Made by a program: the position numbers and the translations under genes. From Oikopleura dioica (Eukaryota > Animalia > Chordata), in contig OU015566.1 in assembly GCA_907165135.1 (NCBI GenBank), positions 4,216,001-4,280,000 on the forward strand: a DNA stretch of 64,000 nucleotides. Direction: 5' to 3'. Positions 10,901-23,000 of this stretch are shown here, in pieces. Within the stretch, counting starts at the first letter, position 1. Each line of letters starts with the position of its first letter. The notes beneath the pieces were generated by a model. That model searched no databases, had not been told where the DNA came from, and worked only from the letters and a program-made list of their open reading frames with translations.

Positions 10901-13527
10901 AAACGGTTCAAATGCCCAAATAAGGTAAAGGTATGGCTGCAATTTTAATTTTCAAAGGGGCATGATTTTTAACCTTTCTTTTTAGACAAACGAACCTGGA
11001 GTGGATCTGAAGCAGGAAAATACGGAGTATGAGCAGACCGAAAAGAGGTGAGTCAATTTATTCGGATGTAAACTTTACATTGTAAAGCATGCAATTTTCA
11101 AGCCAATAATTCAACAGTAAAAGTAACTCATCTAGCTTTAAATCCTCAATCATGACTCAAAAAACCTGTGTTGAAAACCTGAGTCAGGGTATGCTCTTTA
11201 CCAATGCGATAAAGACACCCTGACTCAGGTTTTCAACACAGGTTTTGAGCCTCTTTTTTAATGAAAGCTTCTTTCATCGCCCAATTTCTTTCCACTTTCT
11301 TTAAACAATTTTTTCTTTAGTTATCAAAATGAGCCCCCGCGCGTCTCAGTCGGCTCCCCTGTGGACAAGCATGTCGAGTACGAGACGGTCTACGCGACGA
11401 CCAGCCAGTTAGTACCTCTAGAACTCTTAGAACCCGCTAGTTGAAATTTTGATTTTCTCCTCATTGTTGATTCTTTTCCCTTCTGATCGTTTGATTTTTT
11501 CTTTTCTTTGTTATCCTAAACATAATATTGAGTCTGTGTCCATATTTGAGAGTTTAATATTTTTTCAGTCATCATCAGTCCCCCGGCGGCATCCAACTCG
11601 TCCCGATCGTTTCGCAGTCCTCGATCGTCACTTCTTCCCAGCCGCAGATAAAACCAGAGCCGAACCAATCGATCCAGCAAGTAGTGAGCCAAGGGAGCGC
11701 GCCCCAACCTGGCCAGCCGATTGAAGTCTTGCCTAGCGATGGAAGGGCGATTTATCACGATGCCAATGGTGTCCCGGTAAGTCACTTGGTCCCGGTAAGT
11801 ACCTTTTCAGCATGATCTTTGGGAGACCAAAGAATGGTGAAGGTACGATTTCGGTGGTAGATTTTGAAAACAATGCATCTGTTAGTTTGATTTTTACCTG
11901 TGTAGAAACCTGACTCAGGTTCCTGTAGAAGCTCTTTGAGGACCCTGACTCAGGTTTCAACATAGGTGGACAGCCCTTGCCTAAATTTTAGCTTTGTAAT
12001 CGAATTACAGTTAATTATGGAATTTTTGGACATTTTTTGTCCCATGATTTTCTCAAAAATGTCCAAAAATTCGATACACGCTCCCAAAAAAAATGTCCCA
12101 GCCGAATCGCTTAAAAAATTTTTTTTGAGGAAAAAATCGATCATCCTCTTTTTCCTCCTTCTTCCAAAGACACAAATATTCTTTGGGAACGAGATAAACC
12201 TTTAATTCTATCTTTCTGAAAGAGAAAGTAAAATTTTAAATAAAAATAAATGTCAAATTTTATGATATAACTGTTTTTTCATTGTAGAATAAAAATTTTG
12301 GCGCAGAAAATGTCCAAAAATTTGATACAAGCATTTTTAAAAAGTTTCCCAAGAAAACCCCTTAAAATTGAAAAAATGTCCAAAAATTTGATGTCCAAAA
12401 ATTCCATAATAAACTGTATTTTGGTGGAAGCACTCTTCCTTGATTTCAAAAACTTGATCATCATTTTCAGCTCAATCTCATCGACCCGAACGGCCAAGAA
12501 GGACAACAAGTGATCGTCCAATGGGCTCCCGAAGGCGCGATTCCAGACGGCCACGCTCAATACGTCCACGCTTATCAACCCCAGTTCCTGATCAACACTT
12601 CCGACCCGAACTACCACCCTCACCATCCCTTTTCCATCAACTCCCTCATGTCCACTGGCGCCATGACAATGGTAAGATTCCCTACTCATTTTCCCTTTCA
12701 ACATAAAAACGCACAAAATGACACTTTTTGAAACGATTAATTTTTAACCCGGGGCTACACCCGCTCATGATTTGGCGCGCACTCGCCTCAAGGCCGATAG
12801 AAAAAAAAAAGCAAATAGAAGTAAAAACGTAAATGGCGGGCTTTTTCCCCCGAAAAAATGAAGTCTAGTATGTGTGGTGAAAAGAAAAAAGCTTGAACTT
12901 TTGCCATTTTTTCATCCACTTGTTTCTCAAAATTGTGCCATTTTGTTTTCGTTAAAACAAAACCGGCGTGTTGTTCAACTCTTGATTTGTCCGATTCAGA
13001 ACGGTGAATACTTCACCCCGACTGGCCACATAATGCCAGCCACATTGACTCAAGCACCTGTTTCCACTGCTCAATCTGGCCAGATTCAAAGCGCTCCTCA
13101 TTCTGTCCAAAATTCTAACACTCAGAATTCAAAGGACGGAAACATCACCTACATCGAGCCGCAAACGATCGAGCTCCAGCGCACCGATGGTCCAAATCAG
13201 CAAAACTCTACCCCGGGCCAGCAGAATCAGTCGAACGCTGGTGGCGCTCAGGAGCAGAACCATCCGACCAATCAGCAGCAACAGCAGCAGCAGCAGCGGG
13301 CTGAGCAGCAACAGTCCAACCAACAAGAACAACAGTACTTGCCCGCGCAAGAAATTCCCGCGAGCAGCTCGCAATCCGACCCGATCGACCAGTCACAGCC
13401 CTCAGGCCAGGTCCAATTCGCCCCGGAATCGCCCTCCCAGCCGATGGAAAGCGAAAACCATCAGACTCCAAGCTCCAATCAAGTGACGAATCACAGCCCG
13501 ATTTCGAACGAAAACGACGAAGCGTAA
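7966..13527 (+). CDS. FoxA: Forkhead box A transcription factor, ~9 exons (7966-7980, 8026-8141, 10387-10707, 10750-10924, 10986-11047, 11321-11407, 11569-11776, 12471-12671, 13000-13527)
   Basis: [45 protein letters not shown]|[34 protein letters not shown]...[17 protein letters not shown] is the FoxA-type forkhead domain. HPFSINSLM is the eh1/region II motif. All junctions are in-frame GT-AG. Confidence 0.95.
8201..8417. mobile_element. MITE family A (CCTGTGTAGAAAACCTGAGTCAGG-type TIR), degenerate, carrying AAGCCGC/GCGGCTT repeats
   Basis: Ends resemble the copies at 11161, 11897 and 53088. Internal GAAGCCGC..GCGGCTTC units recur at 61988-62275. Confidence 0.5.
8540..9702. mobile_element. 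Non-autonomous DNA transposon with long TIRs and TA target duplication (Tc1/mariner-like), in a FoxA intron
   Basis: TA|ACATGGGCGACCCTTTGTTACTCGATAAAACGCTGGC ... GCCAGCGTTTTATCGAGTAACAAAGGGTCGCCCATGT|TA. Arms 8540-8730 and 9542-9702 are near-perfect inverted copies. Confidence 0.8.
11161..11246. mobile_element. MITE family A
   Basis: Perfect 30-bp IR AAAACCTGTGTTGAAAACCTGAGTCAGGGT / ACCCTGACTCAGGTTTTCAACACAGGTTTT. Confidence 0.75.
11897..11966. mobile_element. MITE family A (short copy)
   Basis: ACCTGTGTAGAAACCTGACTCAGG ... CCTGACTCAGGTTTCAACATAGGT. Confidence 0.6.
12008..12416. mobile_element. Tc1/mariner-like MITE
   Basis: TA|CAGTTAATTATGGAATTTTTGGACAT ... ATGTCCAAAAATTCCATAATAAACTG|TA: CAGT..ACTG termini with a TA duplication and internal AATGTCCAAAAA repeats. 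Confidence 0.75.
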
Positions 13528-13919
13528 GAAATAGCAGCTCTAGAAACTCGCAAATCTGCCCGCAAAATGCCCGCAGTCGACCTATGAACTGCCTGAAAGG
13601 AAAAAAATTTATAAATAATTGATTCATTAGTGATTTGAAATCCACTGTTTTTGTAAAGTATCTCCTTATTCACAATAACTTCACTGTACAAATAAGCGAA
13701 TTGAAGCGGAAGTAAAATAACCTAATCTGCCATCTTTGAATCTTTAAAATTTCAATTTTTGAATTGCCAAAAAAATGTATTTAATAAACATAAAAAATAC
13801 TGATTTTTTTCGTTTTTTTTATTGAGGAAAATTTCGGGATCAACAAAGCCTTTGTTCAAAGAGAAGGGAAAAGTCAACATAAAAAAATGTTTGAAATCAA
13901 GGAAGAAAATAGTGGATTT

Positions 13920-14153
13920 TTAGTCGTCGACGGGGAGGTTTTTGCTGAAAAGATGGTAGTAAGCCATCAGTCTTTTCGTCTCCAAAAGTCTGTCGATGGT
14001 TGAGGCGATTTGGTGAACCTCTGGGTTGGCGGATCTTGATCGTTCATCCATCATCCGCTGGATGTATCGTTGATGTCGGAGGTTTCGCATTCTAGAGCCA
14101 CAGACAACAGTTGTGAGGAGGCAGAGGATCAGGCTGATCAAATTCATGTTCAT
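13920..14153 (-). CDS. Small secreted protein/peptide precursor (77 aa)
   Basis: Intronless ORF with a signal-peptide-like N-terminus (MNMNLISLILCLLTTVVCG), TATAAAA ~65 nt upstream and basic sites (KR). Confidence 0.6.
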   Translation of the reverse strand: MNMNLISLILCLLTTVVCGSRMRNLRHQRYIQRMMDERSRSANPEVHQIASTIDRLLETKRLMAYYHLFSKNLPVDD

Positions 14154-14469
14154 TTGATTTTTTTGTTAGAAACTTGAGGGTTTGTGAGTTTGAATGATTT
14201 TCACACAAGGCTGAGAGGTTTTATACTCTCAGAAAAGAGCGCTAGAGCACACTAAAGTGACAGGTTGTGCCTTTGTCGAGTCAGAAAAAAGCCAGGTGAC
14301 GCTTCCATGAAAAATGTCTCTTTGAGTAAAACTGAAGTTCAATACTTGAATTTGTCTTATTTATTCGAAGATATGGCAGAGAGAGAAATAAAATAAGTAA
14401 AATAACTAGTAAGAATGCATTGTTTATTACCTGGGTTGAGTTAATACAAATAAAGTTTATTGGTCACGA

Positions 14470-15627
14470 TTAAAGATCTACAAATAAAAAGCAAAGCTAA
14501 TCGGAATAATTTTATTCCGTAGAAGATAGAGGATATTGTTATAAGATTCAAGCACTTTCCTTCGGCGATTTGTATCGGGCTGGTAGCGAGGTGTAGTATC
14601 TCGGCTCGCAGGGGGTGTCAGGGTTTTGTCCCGCCAGCCGTATAATTATAAGATACGATAGATTTTGATTTTTTTTTGAAAAGACTTTTCAAAATTGGCT
14701 CCCTCCGCCTGTTACTTTGCTAATGATAAGAATTATCACAGCCTAACTTTCAAGATTTTTACCGATCAGAAAATAATTTAAGTCCACAGTGTGGACTCCA
14801 CACAATCTTTGTCGCAGGACCTGGTTTTTTCATTTTTATTGGTCCAAACAAGCATCAAACACTTTTCCAATTCACGCTCTTTTCCAAGGAAACGGGACTT
14901 CCAATGACACAGAGTCGAGTTTACCGTGTCATCGCCAACACCATTTGTAATGCTTGACGGCGTGTATCGTGTCGTCGAAGTGTTCTCTGGGAAACCTGTC
15001 AACATCAACGATTCCCGATAATCCGGAAGCTGCCACTTTCTGTCTACTGAAAGGTCTGCTTTACAACACCCTTACTCACTTCTTCTGATGGTATATGTTC
15101 GCGTGTAAACGTCATGAAAGAAGAGTTCAGTAGAATTAAAAAAAACATCCCTTGGGACAAGTGTTTTGGAACATGAAGAATCTCATGTAGCGCCTTCTGC
15201 ACATGATTCACTGATCGATTCCGCGCTCTTCTTCTTTGGATTTTTCTTGTTCTTGTTCTTTCGACTGGAGATAAAGAGCTTTTTTCGTAAGTAAACGAGA
15301 GAAAAATTTATTGATTAATTTTTTTCGAGTTCGATTTGACGCCTTTGACTGAAAATTTAAGTCAAAAAACGGCCTTTAAAATTTTCAAGAAAAAATTGCC
15401 GAATCGGCGATTCTGTAGTGCTAACCCAGCTGAAAGTCATAAAGTCAAAATCAGAATCGATGGTCTTAGGTAAACTGCAAATCTGGCCATTTTCAACCGC
15501 ATCGTAAAAGTAAAGATAAAAACATTTGAAACCGCATGCTATTGTGTCTGAAAGCGACAAAAAAGAAAGACAATCAATTCTGATAATTATTGATGTTACT
15601 TACCATTTTGAGGGCGGCCCTGACCAT
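14470..15627 (-). CDS. Possible spliced gene of unknown function
   Basis: ATG exon MVRAALKM followed by GTAAG, and several short open exons (15357-15560, 14778-15050). No recognisable domain; model uncertain. Confidence 0.25.
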
Positions 15628-15708
15628 CAATGCTCCAAAATCAGAGGAGAATTCAATTTCGCATAAGAAAAAAATCAATCATAAAGAAGAAAATCTTTAG
15701 TTAAAAAA

Positions 15709-17442
15709 ATGAGGAAAGCGAAAAGCGAGAAATGGGCAGAACTGAAGATTCATTTTCTCAGCCAGTTTGGAAATCTTCTTTATACACTGGCAGTCCTATT
15801 TCCTATTTTTGGCCAGGTAAAATCACGAAAATTCAAAATCCATTCCTTCATTTTTAGATAACGCCCGATCATGATTGCTCAGAAAAAGACCCGACATTCA
15901 ATTTTTCATCAACCGGAGTTCCAGAAAATCATGAAAACATCCTCATCCCCCGAAAGAACTCAGAAAGAGGATGGGAGTCATTGACGACAGAATTTCTCCT
16001 TGTTTGCGAAAATTCAATCAAAGGAAAGAATTTGCTGTTTTATGGGCTTTTGGGCGAGTTCTGCTGCATTTTGATAAATGGCTGGATTTGCGATAGTTTT
16101 GGAAGAAAACGAGCTATTTTGATTAGCAATTCTATCTACGCTATCGCTACTGGTAAGTCCTCTTCCCGTAGGAGTATTTCAAGAAGATTAAGGGCTGCAT
16201 ATTTTTTCGAATAATTTTGTGATCTTCTCCATTTGCCGGTTTTTCATCCACTTTTCTGCCGCTTCGATTCTTTTGACAACTCCGCTTTATGGAAAAGAAA
16301 CTGCAGTCTTTTGGCCTTCTACGCCCTTTGTACTGTGGTCGATCTTCAGTTATGCTTCGGTTATAGTAGGAAGCTTGTTTGCTTTTTACTTTCCAGACTG
16401 GAGAGAGCTACTGTTGCTGAATTTTATTTTCTCTTTGGTTTATTTTATTTGGTAAGTCAGCTGAAGAAATGTAACTCTAGAAAATTTTTTCAGTCTTTAC
16501 TTCATCCCGGAAAGCCAAATCTTCCTCGACGCCCAAAAAAACATGTCGAAAGATCAATTAATCGTCAAAAAATTCGACGTCCCTCCCAATCGACACTATT
16601 TATTGGTCCTTGTTATCTTCAGTTTTTGCCAGATAACGTCGAATTTCGTGTACTACGGACTTTTATGGAACGCTGGAAGTTTGAGCGGGTCAGTTCATTT
16701 CAATTCCGCGGTCAACGGAATTATGGCGACTGTCGGAAGCTTATTGCAAAGTAAGTGGAGGGTTATTGCAGGCTTTCGTAACAGTAACTACCGTAGTTCC
16801 GCTTCATAAAAAACTGTCGACAAAGAAGATCGTTTGTTCTTCATTTTTGCTTGTCGCTGGCTCGATGCTTTTGGCCTTGACTTTTAGGACGGATTTGATG
16901 GTTTCCTGTTGCTGCTTTTTCGGTAACTGATTTTGCAATTTTCGTGTTGACACGCTGATTCTAGGGCTATTTTTGATCGTCCTGACGTATCTGGCGACCT
17001 TTGACATGGCGGATGTTTTTCCAGGAAAGGTTTCTTTACGAGGATCATTCTGATTTAACGATGTTTTTTAACAATAAAACTGACCGTCTTGGTCAAAGAT
17101 AACCCGATTGTCGGAAAACCCTCAAAAGTAAATTGCCGCTCAATCAGCTCTGGAATCTGTCAAATCATCGGCCGCTGCGGAACGCTGACTCTCCCCTACT
17201 TCCCCCTTCTCGCCCAGCAATACCAACTCGCCGTTCTCTTTCTCCTCCCCGCCATCGCTGGCTCTATTTATTTCCTCCTCCCGACAGTTCCAAGAGAAGA
17301 CGGCTACGGAAATAGGATTATTTATGAAAAAGTTTCTGAAACAAACGCGCTGCTGAAAGAAAAATCGATCTTCAAAAAGAAGGATTCTAGAGAAGAAATC
17401 GCTGAAGTGATAAAAAATGAAAATTCTGTCCTTATCAATTAA
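15709..17442 (+). CDS. SLC22-like (organic cation/anion) MFS transporter, multi-exon
   Basis: Cys-containing first loop ending SLTTEFLLVC, GWICDSFGRK (MFS motif A), NFVYYGL, and C-terminal R..S.G.CQ.IGR.G....P. Confidence 0.8.
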
Positions 17443-17633
17443 TAAAATGAAATTCTGATGATTTTTTCGCGGAAAAGTTTCGTTTCATTTCCAGTTTGCG
17501 GAACACAAAGTTCATTTGAGAACAAATGCCAAGGCCAGAGCTCAGAGGAGTTCATGACCCTCAAAAAATGGCGTGTTCCTGACCTTCTGACTTCTATAAA
17601 ATTGACCGTTTCGATCATTTTTGCTTCCAGAAA

Positions 17634-19751
17634 ATGATTTTTCTTGTCTTTTTTTCTTTCGTCTTATGCGCAGATGATGATATTTCTTTGACAGATGATG
17701 TCGGAAAAGCTTACCAATCGATGTCCGAGATACCCGACCCCATTGAGCTGACAGAAATCACGGGAAACATCCCTGAATGGCTGGAAGGATCAATTTATCG
17801 AAACGGACCTGGAAGATATGAGTACGGAAATGACACTTTCAAGCACCTTTTCGATCCTTCTGCAATGATTCAAAAGCTCAAATTCGAGAATGGAAGTGTT
17901 TTCTATCAGAGAAGATTGATTAACAGTACTCACACGATGAGAAATCTGGAGGAGGAGAGAATCGTTTTGACGGAAATGGGGACATGGACAGAGCCAGAAA
18001 ATTTCGGGGAGATTCATGCAGAGGATATTTCTATGGTAAGTCGTTTGATTTTCCGTACTTCTGCTTATTGGTAATTTATTTGATCATTTGATACTGTTAT
18101 CAATATTATTCTTGCAGAGGATTGATAAGACTCATTATGCAAAAATAATTCACAGAAACTTCTTTTTACACGTAGATCTATGATTAGCGAAATTTCACTT
18201 TTTGTTTCATTTTACTGTAAAAAAAATTCATAATTAAAATCTTTCAAGGCCCCTTTTATACCAAAGCGATAAATCGGACCCCATAAATTATTGGCCATAA
18301 TCTGATTTTCTTTTTTTTCGAGGTTGATAATTCAGATAAATTTTCAGGAACGGTGCCGCCATCTGTACGAATCCTTCCCTACCGACAATACTGTAGTCTC
18401 CGTTTACCCAATTCACGGATGGATAGTTGCATTTACTGAATCTCCCATCATCACCCTCAATGATCCCGAAACTCTAGAAACGAAACACATCCTTGACATC
18501 AGAAAAGCTTCATCGTATCCCGAAGGGTTGAGTCTTTCAACAGTCCTGGCTCATGGAGTGATCGACAGCAACGGTGATTTTTGGACCTTTGCGACTGGAA
18601 TTATGTTGCCGAAGTTCGGCTTCATACCAAAAGGTATTCTCTTCTTTGATTTCAAGCAAAAATTTCATTTCAGTTGTTTATTTGGCATTGAAAATTTCGG
18701 CCTCAGCGAAGTCAGAAAAATCGACGCCGGAAGAATTTCTAGCGAGCATTTCTTTCTCCGGATATATTTTCAATGAAGATGAACGAGATCTGAACATGAG
18801 ATACTTTCATTCTTTCGTCCAAGCTTCGGATGACTTTCTCGTCCTTCCGTTTACCAGTCTAGAGCTTCAGCCCTCCGCGCTTCTTGAATCCTGTCGAAAT
18901 GGAAATCCTCCGATAGAGATGATGTCCTTCAACAAGTACAACAAAGGGCTCTACAGAATTTTCGACAAGAAGCAGATGAAATGGTATCCGAAGATTTTCA
19001 AAAGCAAAGAGACCCTGCAAATGCATCCGATACAGGGATTCGTCGATGAGGAATCAAACGAAATCGTCCTCGACACGCTCGAAATTCCGAATCGTCAATT
19101 GATCGACGACTTGTTTCTCGAAAATCTGAATAAAACCGGAGCCGATCTTTTTGACGCATATTGGTCAATTATTCCCGTCGGCGTTCCGGTCAGATACAGG
19201 ATGAATATGGATAACTTGAACTCGATGATGGAAGAAGAAATCAACGAAGAAAAGCTCTTCGATGACGATTTGGAGACATTTCAGGCGTATACGCTTGGAG
19301 GGACGGATTTTCCAGCTGTAGATTTGACGAAAATTAATGAAGAACAAGACGATTTCTGGTCGCAAGGGATTGGAAATCTCGTGGCGGACCGAATTTATGT
19401 AAGACTAAAATTTTCGCACAAAAATCTTCATTTTCAGCATTCGAAAATATCGACTGGAGAGCGCTGGGTTTGGAGAGAAAGTGGATTCTCTCCGTCTGAA
19501 CCACTTTTCATACGAAAACCTGAATCGAATAATCCGCTTGATGGCGTTGTAATCTCAATCGTGAGCCCTCTCGAAATCGATTCTAGAGAAAGGTTTGATT
19601 ACGTGAAGACATCAACATAATTTCGGATTCTAGGGCGTTTGTGGTGATTCTTGAGCCAGAAGATCTCAAAGAAATTGCGAGAATATATTTCAAAGAAGAT
19701 GTTGATATTGCTCTTTCTTTTCATGGCGTTTTTGTTCCCTCGAAAAACTGA
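17634..19751 (+). CDS. Carotenoid cleavage oxygenase (BCO/RPE65 superfamily) with an N-terminal signal peptide
   Basis: G.IPEWLEGS.YRNGPG, HLFD, DN.V, four predicted Fe-ligand His (TVLAH, RYFHSF, QMHP, LSFHGVF), PSEPLFI..P and DGVVIS. The last exon ends FHGVFVPSKN*. Confidence 0.9.
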
Positions 19752-20073
19752 AAAGTCGATTTTAATGAATGCAAAATAAATTTTATTCTTCAAAAACCGT
19801 AGAAAATTGAGGCCAGAAAAAAAAACGAGTTATCGTGAAATTTTTCCTGATTCAATTGAAATTGAGAGGCAGCTTGAATAGGAATACGGAAATCGCGGCA
19901 ATAAAATTCGAAGTGCTTGAGGTGTGTGTCGTTATCCAAAAAACGAGATCCTTTGTGCCCAAGAGCACTTGTTGCCAAGGGCACACGCACCGATCACTTA
20001 TTTGTCATTTGCCACTAGACACAACAATCTTCTTTCTTGATCATTTTTGAAATGATTTAACAATTTGATAACA

Positions 20074-23000
20074 ATGATTTTGACGCAGAGACAAAAAGAA
20101 GATGTCATAGAGAATCGTATGGATTTCGATTTTTCGATCAAAAATGAAATTGACACGTTTACGTCCTTATTTTTTTCGAAATCCTCAAAAAAGCACATCT
20201 GCGAAGGAAATATCATCGAGCTATCTTGTTACGCTGGTAAGCTCAACTTTCACTTCCACCACTTCCTCTCCTCCAATGGTAAGCCGCTCAAGAAGACGCG
20301 TTCTAGGGCTTTTCCCGTGTTCTTCTTTTCTTCTGATTATTTACACGAGTTTTTTTTCAAGAGGGAGCGCGCGCCCGAGTTGACGCTTTTTCCCGCGACA
20401 CGCCACTTCACATTTCCGTTCGCCAGAACTCGCCCGAGGTCGTTTCCTTTCTTCTCGCCGCCGGCGCTAAAGTCGACGCAATCAATGGCCAGGGACAGAC
20501 TGCTCTTCACCTAGCCGCGTTTTATGGAAGAAAGGAAATCGCGGAGATTTTATTGAAGGATGGAGCGCCGATTGAAATTGTCGACTTGAGGAAAATGAGC
20601 CCCTTGGCGGTGGCGGTGCAGAAGGATCATCTTCATATTGTTAGGCTTTTGAAGCGATTTGGGTTAGTAAAAGTCATTGAATTTGAAAAAAAAATTTATA
20701 AAATTTTTTTTTTGAATTTTTTTTTCTTTTTTCTCAAGATTTGTTCTCAATTTGAAATTTCTAGTGCGAATTTCCAGCGCGAAAAAGAATCATCCCTTTT
20801 GGTTGCTGTCCGGCTTCATAGATCGAACATTATCAATTACATTCTTCAACAAGACGACTTTGACCTCTCCAAAGGCCCGATCTCCTCTCATAAAACACCC
20901 CAACTCTAGAATTTTTGATCTTGAGATCGCTTCAAAGAAACTGAGGGCTGGAAACTTGCCATTTCAAAGCCCCAAATCGCCACTCAAATCCTCCAGTTTT
21001 ACGTTCCATCCGTCGCTGGGCTGGAAGATCGGGAGCGTCGATTTTGGAGAAGTTCATCCGACCTTGGCAGCTCAGAAGAGCGCTCGATGGTAAATGTCAA
21101 AAATAAGCAAATAGATTTTGAGTTTGTTTTATTAGAAGGTGTCGAGCTGAAGAAGTTGATTCAGATGGCGAGAAAAATGCTACAGGTATCGTAAAGAAGC
21201 GATAACTCACCGCTCTTTTAAAAGTTAAATTTCAGGAAAAGCTAAAGCTCTCTGAAAAAACTTCCGTTACTCCAACAGAAAAACTCTCGGTCAAACTCAA
21301 CTTTCTCCGAAAACCACTTCCAGTCAACCAAATCAACATCACTGAAGAAATGATAAAAGTCCTCAAATCTGATTTGGAGTCAAAAGCTTCTGCGAAACTC
21401 TTTAGCTCTGGCGTTTCTTTTCGAAAACTGGCAAATGTCGTTTCTTCTGGCGCTAGAATGTCGCATCTAAATCGAATTCTGAAAAGTAAGGATTTCGGGG
21501 CGGAGTATGCGAAGAAGATGCTGAAAAGAACTAAATGTCTTTCGAAAGACGTGACTTTGGCGGCGAAAGTGATGATTGGAAAAGGCTTCTTCGAGCAAGT
21601 CAAAAACATCGACGACCCGGTTTTCCTCGGTCAAGCGATTCTAGCGCTACGAAAAGAAACTTTTGCAACAGCTTTGGATTCTCGATCGACCCCAGCGCTG
21701 ACCGAAGTTCTTTTCCGCGGCCCTTTGATGACTAAGCTTTTCGAAATTCTTGTCGATTCTGGGGGAGAAATGCGAAAATCATTGGAACTCATCAAAATCA
21801 TCCCATTTGACCTTGCGAGAAAATTGGTGAAGGCTTCGAAAATCTTCTCGAACAAGTTGCCAGAAACAGCTGTGAAACGATCAACCGAGAATGTCGAGTT
21901 CAGGGAGAATTTTTTTGATTTTATGACTTTGATCAAGGAAGAATACATCACCCCTTCATTGCTTTCCAACCTCAATTTCATCCTCTCCAGCTTGATTTCG
22001 GGCAAAACGATGGCTCGACTTTTGGACGTTGGATTGAACATTTCCGAAGCAACTCATGATCCACGATATCTTTACGCAGTGAATATTCTTCTGAAAAACT
22101 CGATTTCGCCCGAAGAAACCATCATTCTGATGGAAGCAAAAGAAACGCTAAATCGGCTCATTTCCGCGGACGAAAAACTCATCGCTTCGATCCACCAGCT
22201 TCTTTATGATCAATCTCTTACCGCTTCCGAAGTCAGTATGTTTCTCAAGAATTCAGACGAGCGCTGCCGTTTACGAGAAGTCCTCGTTGATTCCACTTCC
22301 CAATCGACCCTGGCGAAGCTTCTTCAAAACGGGTTATCTCCCTCGATCATTGGCAAATTCATGTCTGAAACATCCCTCTCAATTTCGGAAGTAAATCAAT
22401 TTTCTCCAGACCCAATCGCGATTAAAAACTCTTCCGTGTCTGCATTGACGTTCAGTTTTTGCCGAAATTGGTCTCGATCGGGTTCAGAATTTCGGACCTT
22501 GGCGCTCTTGTCCGATTTTCTTGTGATGAAAATTTGCTAAAAATTCAATCGCTGAGTTCGGAAGAGAAAGAAACATTCAGAAGAATATTGAAAAACTCCC
22601 TCCGATCGCAAGAATGTTCAATTTTTCTTCAGAAAGGCAATTCGCCCAGCGACCTGATCGAAATCGTCAACAACCCGCTTCCAATTTTCAACCTTCTTGA
22701 TGACAAAGAATCGTTCGATTTTGAAGATGAATCGGGCGCTGAAAAGCCTCTTCTTCATCCGACCTTCTTCTCGCCGTTGATTTACTTCAAACTCGAGCCG
22801 GAAAAGAGCTTTTTCACAACGCTTGAAAACGCGTTTCGTATTTTTGTTCCGCTGAACTCGGTTTCAGAGAAGAGTTACTTGACAATAAGCTGTCCTCGCG
22901 CTGGAAAAATCAACTGGCAGAACGACTCGATCCCCCTTATCTCCCCTCCTTTATTCATCAATATCTCCAAGTCAAACCATTTCTCCTCCTCCCGAAAAAT

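Noticed and set aside
22454-22462. Frame change between ORFs 21350-22540 and 22459-23703
   Set aside because: It is fixed by one extra T in a T5 run, the same error signature as above.
22972-22990. HFS tripeptide suggesting PIDD-like autoproteolysis
   Set aside because: It lies mid-ZU5 at the F..P/K.TV position, not at the domain-end site where cleavage occurs.
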